Assembly: GCA_048882485.1 (NCBI GenBank)
Contig: JBHLRP010000052.1
Span: forward strand, 1 to 23,174
Length of the DNA stretch: 23,174 nucleotides
Direction of reading: 5' to 3'
From: Candidatus Thorarchaeota archaeon
GTDB lineage: Archaea; Asgardarchaeota; Thorarchaeia; Thorarchaeales; Thorarchaeaceae
Part shown: positions 1-7,698 of the stretch, one piece after another
Layout: every line of letters begins with the position of its first letter
Numbering within the stretch: position 1 is the stretch's first letter
The notes under the pieces: generated by a model
The model's input: only the letters and a program-made list of their open reading frames with translations
Database searches by the model: none
What the model was told of the DNA's origin: nothing
Made by a program: the position numbers and the translations under genes

Positions 1-1004
1 GGAACACATCTATTGCCGAAGAGAGAACAATCGGAAGGATTGGTGATGCCGAGGATGACCTCATGACATTTGCAGCCGGGGAGAATATCTATCGATTCGA
101 TTGGGGGAAGGTCAAACTTCAGACGGGCATCATATCTATTGAACTGCTCTCGAAGGAAGTACCCCGAGTTCTTAATGGTGCCTAGCCCTCTCCATGGAGC
201 GTCTCCAAGCCGGAACACTCTCTCGAGAACATCTTGTGCTGCAACGTTTCCCTCAGGCCGTACAACTCTAGTATACTCATTTTCTGATTCAGCGCGGCCC
301 TCCTTTATCTGTAATAGAATCATTCTGATTGATTCAAGCACATCAAGGGGCTCAAATCCAGCAGTCACACATGGAACTTGATGTTTTTCCGCTAAAGGCT
401 GGTACGAGTTGGTGCCGATAACCGCACTGACATGGCCGGGCGTTATGAAACCATCTACATCAAATCCTTCAATATTGACAAGAATCTCCATAGCAGGAGG
501 TATAACCTTCAGTGATGTAAGGAGGGAAAAGTTGCTTGGCGGTTTCTTCAGTATCTCTACTGCCATGGTAGGGGCGGTAGTTTCAAAGCCAACTCCCATA
601 AAGACAATCTCACGATCTGTATTCCTTTTAGCGATGTCCACCGCTTCGTTGACTCCATACACAATCCGAATATCAGCGCCCTCTGCACGCTCTTTGATGA
701 GTGATGATGATGTGGAAGGAACACGTATCATGTCGCCAAATGTTGCGATTATGTGTCCCCTTCTGGAAAGCTCAATTGCGAAGTCGACATCCTCGGCGGC
801 ACATACGCAAACAGGGCAACCAGGACCTGCAACAAGGGAGATACTACTTGGAAGAAGTGACCTGAGCCCATGACGACTTATTGTATCCTCATGCGTTCCA
901 CAGACGTGAACTATTCGAGTGGCTCTATCTGCGTTGAGAGTCTGTATTTCACTAACCAGAGTCTTCGCATGTCGTGCATCTCTGAATTTAGTGTGCTCAT
1001 ACAT
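1..1004 (-). CDS. hypD: [NiFe]-hydrogenase maturation protein HypD (3' end runs off the window)
   Basis: Not in ORF track (no stop in window). Manual minus-strand translation from ATG at 1004: MYEHTKFRDARHAKTLVSEIQTLNADRATRIVHVCGTHEDTISRHGLRSLLPSSISLVAGPGCPVCVC...; near the edge ...GCKCHEVILGITNPSDCSLFGNRCV. CGTH, GPGCPVC and the C-terminal Cys cluster are HypD signatures. Alternative in-frame ATG at 1028. Confidence 0.95.
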   Translation of the reverse strand, partial: MYEHTKFRDARHAKTLVSEIQTLNADRATRIVHVCGTHEDTISRHGLRSLLPSSISLVAGPGCPVCVCAAEDVDFAIELSRRGHIIATFGDMIRVPSTSSSLIKERAEGADIRIVYGVNEAVDIAKRNTDREIVFMGVGFETTAPTMAVEILKKPPSNFSLLTSLKVIPPAMEILVNIEGFDVDGFITPGHVSAVIGTNSYQPLAEKHQVPCVTAGFEPLDVLESIRMILLQIKEGRAESENEYTRVVRPEGNVAAQDVLERVFRLGDAPWRGLGTIKNSGYFLREQFNRYDARLKFDLPPIESIDILPGCKCHEVILGITNPSDCSLFGNRCV

Positions 1005-1073
1005 GAACTCATCATGGGCATAGAACATGTGCGTCCATAAAAGAGAGCTTGTATGCGGCTAGGAAAGACAACT

Positions 1074-1385
1074 TTAGGACTCTGACTTCACATCATCAAG
1101 AATCACTATAGACTCTCCAAGGGTTATTGATAGTCTGGCTGCAAGCTCCTTGGGACTAATGTCTGGTTGCTGGCTCAGAATATGCTCTCTGGTATGACCT
1201 GCGAGATTCGCATATCGAGGATTCTTTTGAGCGGTTTCCACTAATAAGTCCCAGAGCGGATGTGTCTTGAAGTCAGTAATATTGATTTCAATGTGGCGAG
1301 TTGACCGTCTTTTGCGCTTTGGAGGCGTTTTTGGAGAGTCAGCTTCTTTGTCCAGAGTATGGCTTGTCAATTTGTCTTGCTTCAA
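1074..1385 (-). CDS. Hypothetical protein with basic N-terminal patch and possible C-terminal helix-turn-helix
   Basis: 103-aa ORF with TTG start, purine-rich upstream stretch and a TTATAT box at about 1462-1457 on -. Contains PPKRKRRS and an HTH-like segment (ISPKELAARLSITLGESIVIL). Confidence 0.6.
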   Translation of the reverse strand: MKQDKLTSHTLDKEADSPKTPPKRKRRSTRHIEINITDFKTHPLWDLLVETAQKNPRYANLAGHTREHILSQQPDISPKELAARLSITLGESIVILDDVKSES

Positions 1386-1623
1386 GTCCGCTTCCCTTAC
1401 CTATTCCCGGCAGGAGGTCTCAGGCAGAGGCCCCTAGCTATGGAGTCTTGTCTGCGATATAAGCATTCGGACGTTAATCATGACTGAGTAACTATCAGCG
1501 CGTATCTTAGAGAAAATCGTGCAAGATTGGATTGAGAAGGGAAACAATGCTCTGTAGTAAGGTTTAACTATGACTGACCATGGGGAGGGCCAAGAAACTC
1601 GGCTTAAAAGCCGACTTCGGGGT

Positions 1624-1929
1624 ATGAGTTTATTGCCTCAAGGCATTAGAAGAATAGTTCTTGACGTGTTGAAGCCTCACACACCTAGGCTCACTGATCT
1701 CGCGTTGATGCTCTCAAGAGATGAGCAGGTCAACGGATTAAACATCTCTCTGAAGGAAGTTGATCAAAACACAGAGAGCATAACAATAACTCTTGAGGGT
1801 GATAACCTGCAATATGAGTCAATCAAGGAGATTCTAGAACAGGCAGGTGCAGTCATTCACTCTATAGATCAAGTAGTAGCTGGAAAGCGATTTGTGGAAG
1901 AAGTCACATTGCAGCCTGAAAACACATGA
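1624..1929 (+). CDS. DUF211 family protein (small conserved archaeal protein)
   Basis: GIRRIVLDVLKPH...ITLEGDNL...GAVIHSIDQVVAG matches the DUF211 pattern as I recall it. ATG 1624 preferred to track start 1570 because similarity begins there and a TTAAAA box lies at about 1604-1609. Confidence 0.85.
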   Translation: MSLLPQGIRRIVLDVLKPHTPRLTDLALMLSRDEQVNGLNISLKEVDQNTESITITLEGDNLQYESIKEILEQAGAVIHSIDQVVAGKRFVEEVTLQPENT

Positions 1930-1941
1930 TGAGGGTTTGCA

Positions 1942-2595
1942 TTAGCGTTTCTCTAGCTGTCCTAGTAGACGCTTACTCTCTTCCTCAATCTTTCGTTGCA
2001 CGAGACGATGGAGTTCATGTTCAAATGCAGATGGGACTATTTTGACAACACTGCATAGACGATCAACTATTTTGTCTGCCAGTGCTGTCGGTGATACAAC
2101 GCCTCCTTTTACAATGCTCTTCACAACTTCTTCACCAACACCGGAACGGACAATCGAGTCCACGACACTAGCTATTGTTCCCTCTGGATCAAAGAAGTAT
2201 GGATTGCGATTGCTGTCATGGAGAGTTATGAAATCTAGCTTCTCTATGATGCTCTCAGTATACCACTCAAGACTTGATTCCTTAATCCTGATTTTGTTCG
2301 CAAAATCACCCTTTGTCAGTGGATTGGGATGACTCCACGGATGTCTTGTAACAACAAAAAGAGAAGCAGCAAAGAAAGGGTCGACCTCTCTAGGCAAGCC
2401 TTCATGGGATATATATCGTCGAATGAGATCCAACGCCATGTTCTCGTATCGCTCATCGATGTTGTTTTCCCTGAAAAACTCGTGGGCGTCCCGAACCACA
2501 TTGACTACCACCTGTGGACTAACTACCATCTTCTTCTCGAAATGGGGCACTTGCCTCAGCTCTCCTTCGCGAACGGGAATGGCGAGTCCTCTCAA
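1942..2595 (-). CDS. Hypothetical protein with one TFIIB/cyclin-repeat-like helical domain
   Basis: 217-aa ORF. Segment EFFRENNIDERYENMALDLIRRY...FFAASLFVVTR...LTKGDFANKIRIKESSLEWYTESIIEKL follows the helix pattern of a TFB core repeat. No Zn ribbon. Start codon uncertain. Confidence 0.55.
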   Translation of the reverse strand: MRGLAIPVREGELRQVPHFEKKMVVSPQVVVNVVRDAHEFFRENNIDERYENMALDLIRRYISHEGLPREVDPFFAASLFVVTRHPWSHPNPLTKGDFANKIRIKESSLEWYTESIIEKLDFITLHDSNRNPYFFDPEGTIASVVDSIVRSGVGEEVVKSIVKGGVVSPTALADKIVDRLCSVVKIVPSAFEHELHRLVQRKIEEESKRLLGQLEKR

Positions 2596-2653
2596 TCTAG
2601 GCCAGCATTAATACTTTTGCACTGGAAAACAAGGTGAGTGTCTGTTGGCGCCT

Positions 2654-3232
2654 TCATCGAGCCCGGTATATCTTCTCAAGAGCCCATCGAAGAGTGTTCT
2701 GAATCTCGTTCAATCTGCTACCTTCTGCATAGTTGCGGATAACGATTTGTTGCAGAACTCCATCATCGGCTTGCACCTCGAAGTCAAATGCTTGTTCCCA
2801 TTCAATCTCGCCATTTTCAACTCGATGGCGATCCTCCTGCTGGAACTGACCTAGAATCCTTTCAACGAAGAACCGTGCAAAGGCACCTCTCTTGATATCA
2901 TAGATGGCATGAGAAGCAGGGATGATAGTGAGACTTTGTGGCTCCAATTCAATTGTAGCCAACTCTAGATCACCAGGTTTGTTCATTACCTGTATAGTTT
3001 GTGGCTCATCTGGTGTGAGTGCCGCTCTATCCTCTGCCTCGCTCCTCAATGCATCGGCAGTTGCAGCTGCTCCAATCGCAGTATCTGCAGTGGCAAAGCT
3101 GCTGACACCAATGACAGAGTCAAGAGCTTGAATGTACGACTCAATTTGATCAGCCTTTTCTCTGAGTTCATTAAGTTGCTCTTCAAGCTCCTTTCTCAAC
3201 TCGAGAAGGACACGAATCTCTGGATTCTCCAA
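2654..3232 (-). CDS. Archaeal hypothetical protein with N-terminal coiled coil
   Basis: 192-aa ORF, TTG start after GAGGT SD. Heptad-like LLELRKELEEQLNELREKADQIESYIQALD, Ala-rich linker, then a globular domain ending IVIRNY...EIQNTLRWALEKIY that resembles hypotheticals I recall from TACK archaea. Confidence 0.75.
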   Translation of the reverse strand: MENPEIRVLLELRKELEEQLNELREKADQIESYIQALDSVIGVSSFATADTAIGAAATADALRSEAEDRAALTPDEPQTIQVMNKPGDLELATIELEPQSLTIIPASHAIYDIKRGAFARFFVERILGQFQQEDRHRVENGEIEWEQAFDFEVQADDGVLQQIVIRNYAEGSRLNEIQNTLRWALEKIYRAR

Positions 3233-3292
3233 TTGCCGACCTCACTATTGTGTTCAAAGACTCACAATCTATGGCGTCAGGCCCATTTTAGT

Positions 3293-3529
3293 TCATGTAT
3301 TATTGGATTGATCATCGCTGACCACGGCTATCGCAAAGTCTGGGCACTCCATCTCACAGATTCTGCACACTTTGCACGCATCAAGATCAACAACAATTGG
3401 GAGAAAGAACCCACGGTTGTCCACCTCGTCTGCCTTCTCAAGAACTTCGTGTGGACAAACGGAGATACAGATATGGCATCCCTTGCACATCTTGCTGTCA
3501 ATGACTATCTTCTGTGCTTTCTTTGCCAT
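3293..3529 (-). CDS. 2[4Fe-4S] ferredoxin (2-oxoacid:ferredoxin oxidoreductase delta-subunit-like)
   Basis: Two CxxCxxCxxxCP motifs: CKGCHICISVCP and CKVCRICEMECPDFAI. ATG 3529 preferred to TTG 3544. Confidence 0.9.
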   Translation of the reverse strand: MAKKAQKIVIDSKMCKGCHICISVCPHEVLEKADEVDNRGFFLPIVVDLDACKVCRICEMECPDFAIAVVSDDQSNNT

Positions 3530-3565
3530 AGAGGGGGTCTCCAAGTCTCGTGCAATCTGAAACCT

Positions 3566-3609
3566 GATATAACCATATTCATGCAGTCAATGAGAGTCGG
3601 GATTAAATA
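3566..3609. promoter_or_regulatory. Divergent archaeal TATA-box candidates
   Basis: GGTTATATC on - at 3574-3566 (upstream of the ferredoxin) and GATTAAATA on + at 3601-3609 (upstream of the 3648 ORF), in a short divergent gap. Confidence 0.45.
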
Positions 3610-3647
3610 GCAAGGTAGCTGACAGTCTACCGGAGGCGCAGACACTA

Positions 3648-4361
3648 ATGCTGAAGCCATTTCTAGTATTCAGGTGTTCAAAGTGCATGAACTTCACTAA
3701 TGCACCTGCAGGGCAAAAGAAACGTCGCTGCAGCTATTGTGGGCACATAATTGACATCTCCAAAGCAGCCTGCGCCTTGTTTGATACCCCTGAAAAAGCA
3801 TCAACAGCTGTAAAGAAGTTTAATGCTTCAAGAGGTGGCGACTCTTTTCGGAAGGCAGTTGAAGCAAGCAAAGAAAGGGTAAGAGAGTTCCTGCCCTCTG
3901 AAAAACTCAGCGTGAAGGATGTGATTGACAAGTCAGAGGAGGAACTACCATCTGGTAAGTCGAAGAGGTTGCTAGAACTCCTGGAGAGAGAGGCTAGTGA
4001 AAGTGCATGTTCACTGGACAGAATAGCTGATCTATGCCCCGAGTACCAGTTGGACTGGGTGTGGGTAGAAGACCAGCTCAATAAGCTCGCAAATCGAGGC
4101 ACATTGATATTTCCAAGACCTTGGACTGTTCGGCTAGTCGGTGTTCCGTCAAAGGAGAAGACCAGGCCCCCTCTGGTCGATGTAACAAAGGAGATTCTGG
4201 ATTGGATTCAAGAGAGGGGTGGAGAGGCAGAAGTAGGTAATGTCGTGAAGCATTTTGAAAAACGGGGAATCTCTAGGGAGTCAGTTGAATCTTCACTTGA
4301 CCGCCTGATGAATCAAGGTGTGATTTACCTACCGAAGGCAGGACTCATAGGATTGGTGTAA
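3648..4361 (+). CDS. DUF1922-like zinc-ribbon protein with C-terminal winged-helix domain(s)
   Basis: N-terminal FLVFRCSKC...KKRRCSYCG (two CxxC). Two wHTH-like repeats: WVEDQLNKLANRGTLIFPRPWTVRLV and SVESSLDRLMNQGVIYLPKAGLIGLV. Confidence 0.75.
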   Translation: MLKPFLVFRCSKCMNFTNAPAGQKKRRCSYCGHIIDISKAACALFDTPEKASTAVKKFNASRGGDSFRKAVEASKERVREFLPSEKLSVKDVIDKSEEELPSGKSKRLLELLEREASESACSLDRIADLCPEYQLDWVWVEDQLNKLANRGTLIFPRPWTVRLVGVPSKEKTRPPLVDVTKEILDWIQERGGEAEVGNVVKHFEKRGISRESVESSLDRLMNQGVIYLPKAGLIGLV

Positions 4362-4399
4362 TGGGCGATTCATTGAATAGCATTGAATTCATCTAGAGT

Positions 4400-4798
4400 G
4401 TGAGGAGAATGCCTGTTGTAGAGATAGTAGCAAAGAAGGCGTTACAGAATAACCCAGATCTCGACCTTGAAGTTGTTGATCTCATTGTTCTCCTCTGGCT
4501 ATTCTCAAACCCTTATGACAGCAAAAGAAGGCAACTCAGCAGTATGCGAACTGTACTAAAGATGTGTGAAATGTTTCAGACACCGGGGAAAGGCATTGTC
4601 CTAACGGATTCAGAACTCACACAAATTGTCCTCGCAAGCCTTCAGAAATTGAGGGCAAGGAATCTCGTATACGTAAGGTCAGCTGGAATTCATTATATCA
4701 AGGCTACAATGACTGAGAAAGGAATCGACCTTGTAAAGAGCTCGATAAATACGCCGGTTTTAAGGCGCATCACTGCAGAGTTTGGCGATAATCCATAG
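4400..4798 (+). CDS. Hypothetical winged-helix protein (putative DNA-binding)
   Basis: 132-aa ORF; SLQKLRARNLVYVR...ATMTEKGIDLV resembles the recognition helix/wing and LTEKG motif of MarR/PadR-like wHTH proteins. Start GTG 4400 or ATG 4409. Confidence 0.6.
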   Translation: MRRMPVVEIVAKKALQNNPDLDLEVVDLIVLLWLFSNPYDSKRRQLSSMRTVLKMCEMFQTPGKGIVLTDSELTQIVLASLQKLRARNLVYVRSAGIHYIKATMTEKGIDLVKSSINTPVLRRITAEFGDNP

Positions 4799-4824
4799 CA
4801 CAAGAATAGCCTTGTTTCGCAACG

Positions 4825-4830
4825 TTTAAA
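4825..4830 (+). promoter_or_regulatory. TATA-box candidate upstream of the rpl22 cluster
   Basis: TTTAAA; typical archaeal spacing puts the TSS at about 4853-4856, at the foot of the first hairpin of the structured region. Confidence 0.5.
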
Positions 4831-4853
4831 TGCAGACTTCACCCGGCGAACGC

Positions 4854-5007
4854 CAGTCGCTCCTAGGACGACTGTTTCAGAGCCGATGGATTCAGTGCAG
4901 GCCTCTAGTTCTGCGCGCAGAGTTAGCCTGTAGACGTGTGCCGGTAGGTTCTGGAGTGGTTGTTGAGCGTGTGACATCTTAGCATCTTGAACCAAAGCAG
5001 GCTAAGA
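4854..5007 (+). ncRNA. Candidate structured 5' leader or ncRNA upstream of rpl22
   Basis: Stems seen by eye: CAGTCG 4854-59/CGACTG 4869-74; TTTCAGAGCC 4875-84/GGTTCTGGAG 4947-56 enclosing TGCAGGC 4896-4902/GCCTGTA 4926-32 and TAGTTCTG 4906-13/CAGAGTTA 4918-25; TCTTAGC 4977-83/GCTAAGA 5001-07. Confidence 0.45.
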
Positions 5008-5035
5008 GTAGTTAAAGCACTGGAAGTGAGTCGAT

Positions 5036-5500
5036 ATGCCAACATATGGATACTCGATCATAGGCATCGATCCGGATAGGACCGCAGTGGCGAGTGGAAG
5101 AAACATAAGATGTTCTCCAAAGCAAAGCAGAGAAGTCTGCAATGCCATCAGAGGCATGATGCTAGATAGAGCCATCGAACTATTAGACAGGGTGATCGAG
5201 GAGAAAGCCTGGATTCCTTATAGACGCCACAAGAAGAAACGGGGACACCACTCAGGAATGAAGAAGTGGGGCCCAGGTGGCCACCCGGTAAAGGCATCAG
5301 AGAACATCCTGAGAGTGTTGAAGAATGCAGAAGCTAATGCTGATGCGAAGGGATTGGACATTGATAGACTCAGGATAGTTCATGCAGCTGCGCATAGAGG
5401 CCGCACTTACAAGAAGTTCATTGAGAGGGCGTTTGGAAGAAGCACCCCATATTTCGAAAACACGACGCACATTGAGATCGTATTGGAGGAAGTAGCATAA
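5036..5500 (+). CDS. rpl22: 50S ribosomal protein uL22
   Basis: SPKQSREVCNAIRGM, LKNAEANA, RAFGRSTP...TTHIEIVLEE: archaeal uL22. Confidence 0.97.
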   Translation: MPTYGYSIIGIDPDRTAVASGRNIRCSPKQSREVCNAIRGMMLDRAIELLDRVIEEKAWIPYRRHKKKRGHHSGMKKWGPGGHPVKASENILRVLKNAEANADAKGLDIDRLRIVHAAAHRGRTYKKFIERAFGRSTPYFENTTHIEIVLEEVA

Positions 5501-6405
5501 TGTCCGCAGTCAAATATTTCATCGACCAGAACTCTCGTAGGTTAAAAGTTGACGAGTTCTTGGCGAGAGAGCTAAACTCCGCTGGATATGGTGGTGTCGA
5601 GATTAGAAAAATGCCCATGAGGACAGAAGTTGTCATTCATGCTTCTCGACCTGGAGTTGTTATTGGTCGCCGCGGCTCCAAGATCAGAGAGCTGACAGAG
5701 ATTCTGGAGACCGAGTTTGGAATAGAGAATGTCCAAGTGGAAGTCAGTGAAATCGAGAACCCATGGCTCAATGCACAGGTCATGGCATCAAGGTTGGCAC
5801 GACAGCTTGAACGCGGTGTTCGATTTAGAAGAATGGCATATTGGATTCTCAGACGGGTCATGCGCGCAGGTGCTCTAGGATGCGAGATTATAGTAAAGGG
5901 CAAACTCTCCAGCAGGAGAGCAAGGTACCAGAAGTTCAAACAAGCCACCGTTGCAAAAACGGGTGAACCAGCTGATACATGGGTGGATGAGGCTGATGAC
6001 ACAGCTATTCTGAAGCCGGGTGCAATTGGCATCAAGGTTAGAATCATGCGACCAGAGGCCAGACTACCTGGTGTAATCATTGTAAAGACACCTAAAGCAA
6101 GAAAAGTTGTCGAGCCTGAGGTCGTCAAGAGAGCCGAAGAGGAAGAGGACTTAGAGGTCATAGATGTCGAGGAGGGGCTTGAGGGAATCACCGACATCGA
6201 AGAACTGAGAGAACTTGAGGAATTAGACGGCTTGGAGCTGGTAGAGGAACCAGTCAAGATTGAGGAGAAGCCTGAGCCGGAACCTGATAGCACTGATGCT
6301 GATGAAAAGGCTCCTGAAGCTGAGGAAGCACCTACTCCGGAAGCGACGGAGGAGTCGTTGAAGGAGCTTGAAGAGCTTGATGATTTGGAAAAGGTGGTTG
6401 AATAG
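5500..6405 (+). CDS. rps3: 30S ribosomal protein uS3 with long acidic C-terminal extension
   Basis: AGYGGVEI, KH motif RPGVVIGRRG, RFRRMAY, GCEIIVKGKL, GAIGIKVRIM; about 95-aa Glu/Asp-rich tail. Confidence 0.97.
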   Translation: MSAVKYFIDQNSRRLKVDEFLARELNSAGYGGVEIRKMPMRTEVVIHASRPGVVIGRRGSKIRELTEILETEFGIENVQVEVSEIENPWLNAQVMASRLARQLERGVRFRRMAYWILRRVMRAGALGCEIIVKGKLSSRRARYQKFKQATVAKTGEPADTWVDEADDTAILKPGAIGIKVRIMRPEARLPGVIIVKTPKARKVVEPEVVKRAEEEEDLEVIDVEEGLEGITDIEELRELEELDGLELVEEPVKIEEKPEPEPDSTDADEKAPEAEEAPTPEATEESLKELEELDDLEKVVE

Positions 6406-6407
6406 AG

Positions 6408-6620
6408 ATGGCTCGTCTTACTGCAAAGGACATCAGAAAGCTGACTCTCCCTGAACGTCAGAAAAGATTGGAAGAGCTCTATAATGAACTCACAGAGATT
6501 CGAATCCAGATGGCAACGGGCGGAGGAACAGACAACCCCTATAGAATAAGAAACGTCAGACGGGCAATCGCTCGGATACTGACTATCCAGAGTGAAACGG
6601 AGCGTGAGGAACAGACATGA
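6408..6620 (+). CDS. rpl29: 50S ribosomal protein uL29
   Basis: DNPYRIRNVRRAIARILT motif; position after rps3. Confidence 0.95.
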   Translation: MARLTAKDIRKLTLPERQKRLEELYNELTEIRIQMATGGGTDNPYRIRNVRRAIARILTIQSETEREEQT

Positions 6621-6901
6621 GGATTACCCCAGCTAATCTAACCAGACATGAACTCATAGGGCTTGAGGCGCATGTCGTGCAATCCTCCGATCCAGGACAC
6701 ATCTGCAGACAGGGTCCCATTGTTGATGAGTCAAGAGAGATGATCCACATCTCCACTGAAAGTGGAGAGATTATGGTTCCAAAGATGATTAGTGTGTTTG
6801 ATTTCAAATTGCCCAATGGCACGGTCGTTAGAGTGGAGGGACACAAGCTGAGAGGCACTCCTGAGAATCGAATGAAGAAGCGTCAGAGGAGGAGATGGTA
6901 G
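6617..6901 (+). CDS. rnp1: Ribonuclease P protein component 1 (Rpp29/POP4 homologue)
   Basis: [36 protein letters not shown]; canonical position between rpl29 and rps17; ATGA overlap with rpl29. Confidence 0.93.
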   Translation: MRITPANLTRHELIGLEAHVVQSSDPGHICRQGPIVDESREMIHISTESGEIMVPKMISVFDFKLPNGTVVRVEGHKLRGTPENRMKKRQRRRW

Positions 6902-6902
6902 A

Positions 6903-7262
6903 ATGCCAGAAGCGAAGATACGCAATATCGGGATACCCAACGTGGAGCCTCCCGAGAAAGTCTGTGAGGACCCGAATTGCCCGTTTCATGGAAGCCTAGC
7001 AGTTCGTGGACGAGTCATGGAGGGAAAAGTCACCAGCACCAAGATGCACAGGACAATAACGTTTCAGCAGGACTATCTTAGCTTGATAAAGAAATACTCC
7101 AGGTACGAGAGAAGAAGAAGCAAGAAGCATGCACATCTGCCGCCTTGTATTGATGTGAGTGTTGGCGACACTGTCAAGGCTGTTGAATGTCGGCCACTTA
7201 GCAAGACGGTGACCTGTGTGGTGGTGGCTGCCACACACCAGGAAACAGACGAGGAGGAATAG
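6903..7262 (+). CDS. rps17: 30S ribosomal protein uS17
   Basis: [43 protein letters not shown]. Confidence 0.97.
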   Translation: MPEAKIRNIGIPNVEPPEKVCEDPNCPFHGSLAVRGRVMEGKVTSTKMHRTITFQQDYLSLIKKYSRYERRRSKKHAHLPPCIDVSVGDTVKAVECRPLSKTVTCVVVAATHQETDEEE

Positions 7263-7265
7263 ACC

Positions 7266-7688
7266 ATGTCAAGAAAAGTTGGTAGAGGTATCAGGAAATT
7301 TACTCCTAGGATAGCACGTGGTTTGCCTATTGGAGCTAAGATTCTCTGTACTGATAACTCAGGTGCAAAGGAACTCCAAATCATCACAGTTTTCGGATAC
7401 AAGGGAAAGCTCCGGAAGCTTGGAAAAGCAGGCATCGGCGACAAGGTCAATGTTTCTGTGACAAAAGGCAAGCAAGACCTCCGGAAACAAGTGCTTCAAG
7501 CGGTAATAGTACGGCAAAGAAAGCCATACCGAAGACCGGATGGAACATGGATGCAATTCGAAGATAATGCTGCAGTTCTAATCAAGCCGGGTGGTGAACC
7601 ACAAGGTTCTGAACTTCGAGGACCTATGGCGAGAGAAGTCACACTAAGGTGGCCCCGTGTTTCAGCAATTGCATCCAAGATTGTGTGA
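7266..7688 (+). CDS. rpl14: 50S ribosomal protein uL14
   Basis: CTDNSGAK, AVIVRQRKPYRRPDG, FEDNAAV. Confidence 0.97.
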   Translation: MSRKVGRGIRKFTPRIARGLPIGAKILCTDNSGAKELQIITVFGYKGKLRKLGKAGIGDKVNVSVTKGKQDLRKQVLQAVIVRQRKPYRRPDGTWMQFEDNAAVLIKPGGEPQGSELRGPMAREVTLRWPRVSAIASKIV

Positions 7689-7698
7689 GGTGTGTTGA

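Noticed and set aside
70-873. + strand ORFs 70..381 and 409..873
   Set aside because: Antisense shadows of hypD with no recognisable motifs.
1475-1540. SECIS-like hairpin (ATGA followed by a short stem) and selenoprotein recoding
   Set aside because: The stem after ATGA is only about 5 bp, and no gene in the window shows an in-frame TGA at a conserved Cys position.
2042-3610. + strand ORFs over the minus-strand genes, including 2999..3610 (203 aa)
   Set aside because: They overlap better-supported genes such as the ferredoxin and show no family signal.
4875-4979. H/ACA guide or SRP RNA reading of the rpl22 upstream hairpin
   Set aside because: The ACA (4974-76) is about 17 nt from the stem base, no K-turn is visible, and the SRP helix-8 motif is absent.
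4693-4995. 100-aa minus-strand ORF across the rpl22 upstream region
   Set aside because: TTG start, overlaps the 4400 gene, no motif; the region is better explained as promoter plus structured RNA.
6600-6640. No sui1/aIF1 gene between rpl29 and rnp1
   Set aside because: Its presence at this site varies among archaea, so absence is unremarkable.
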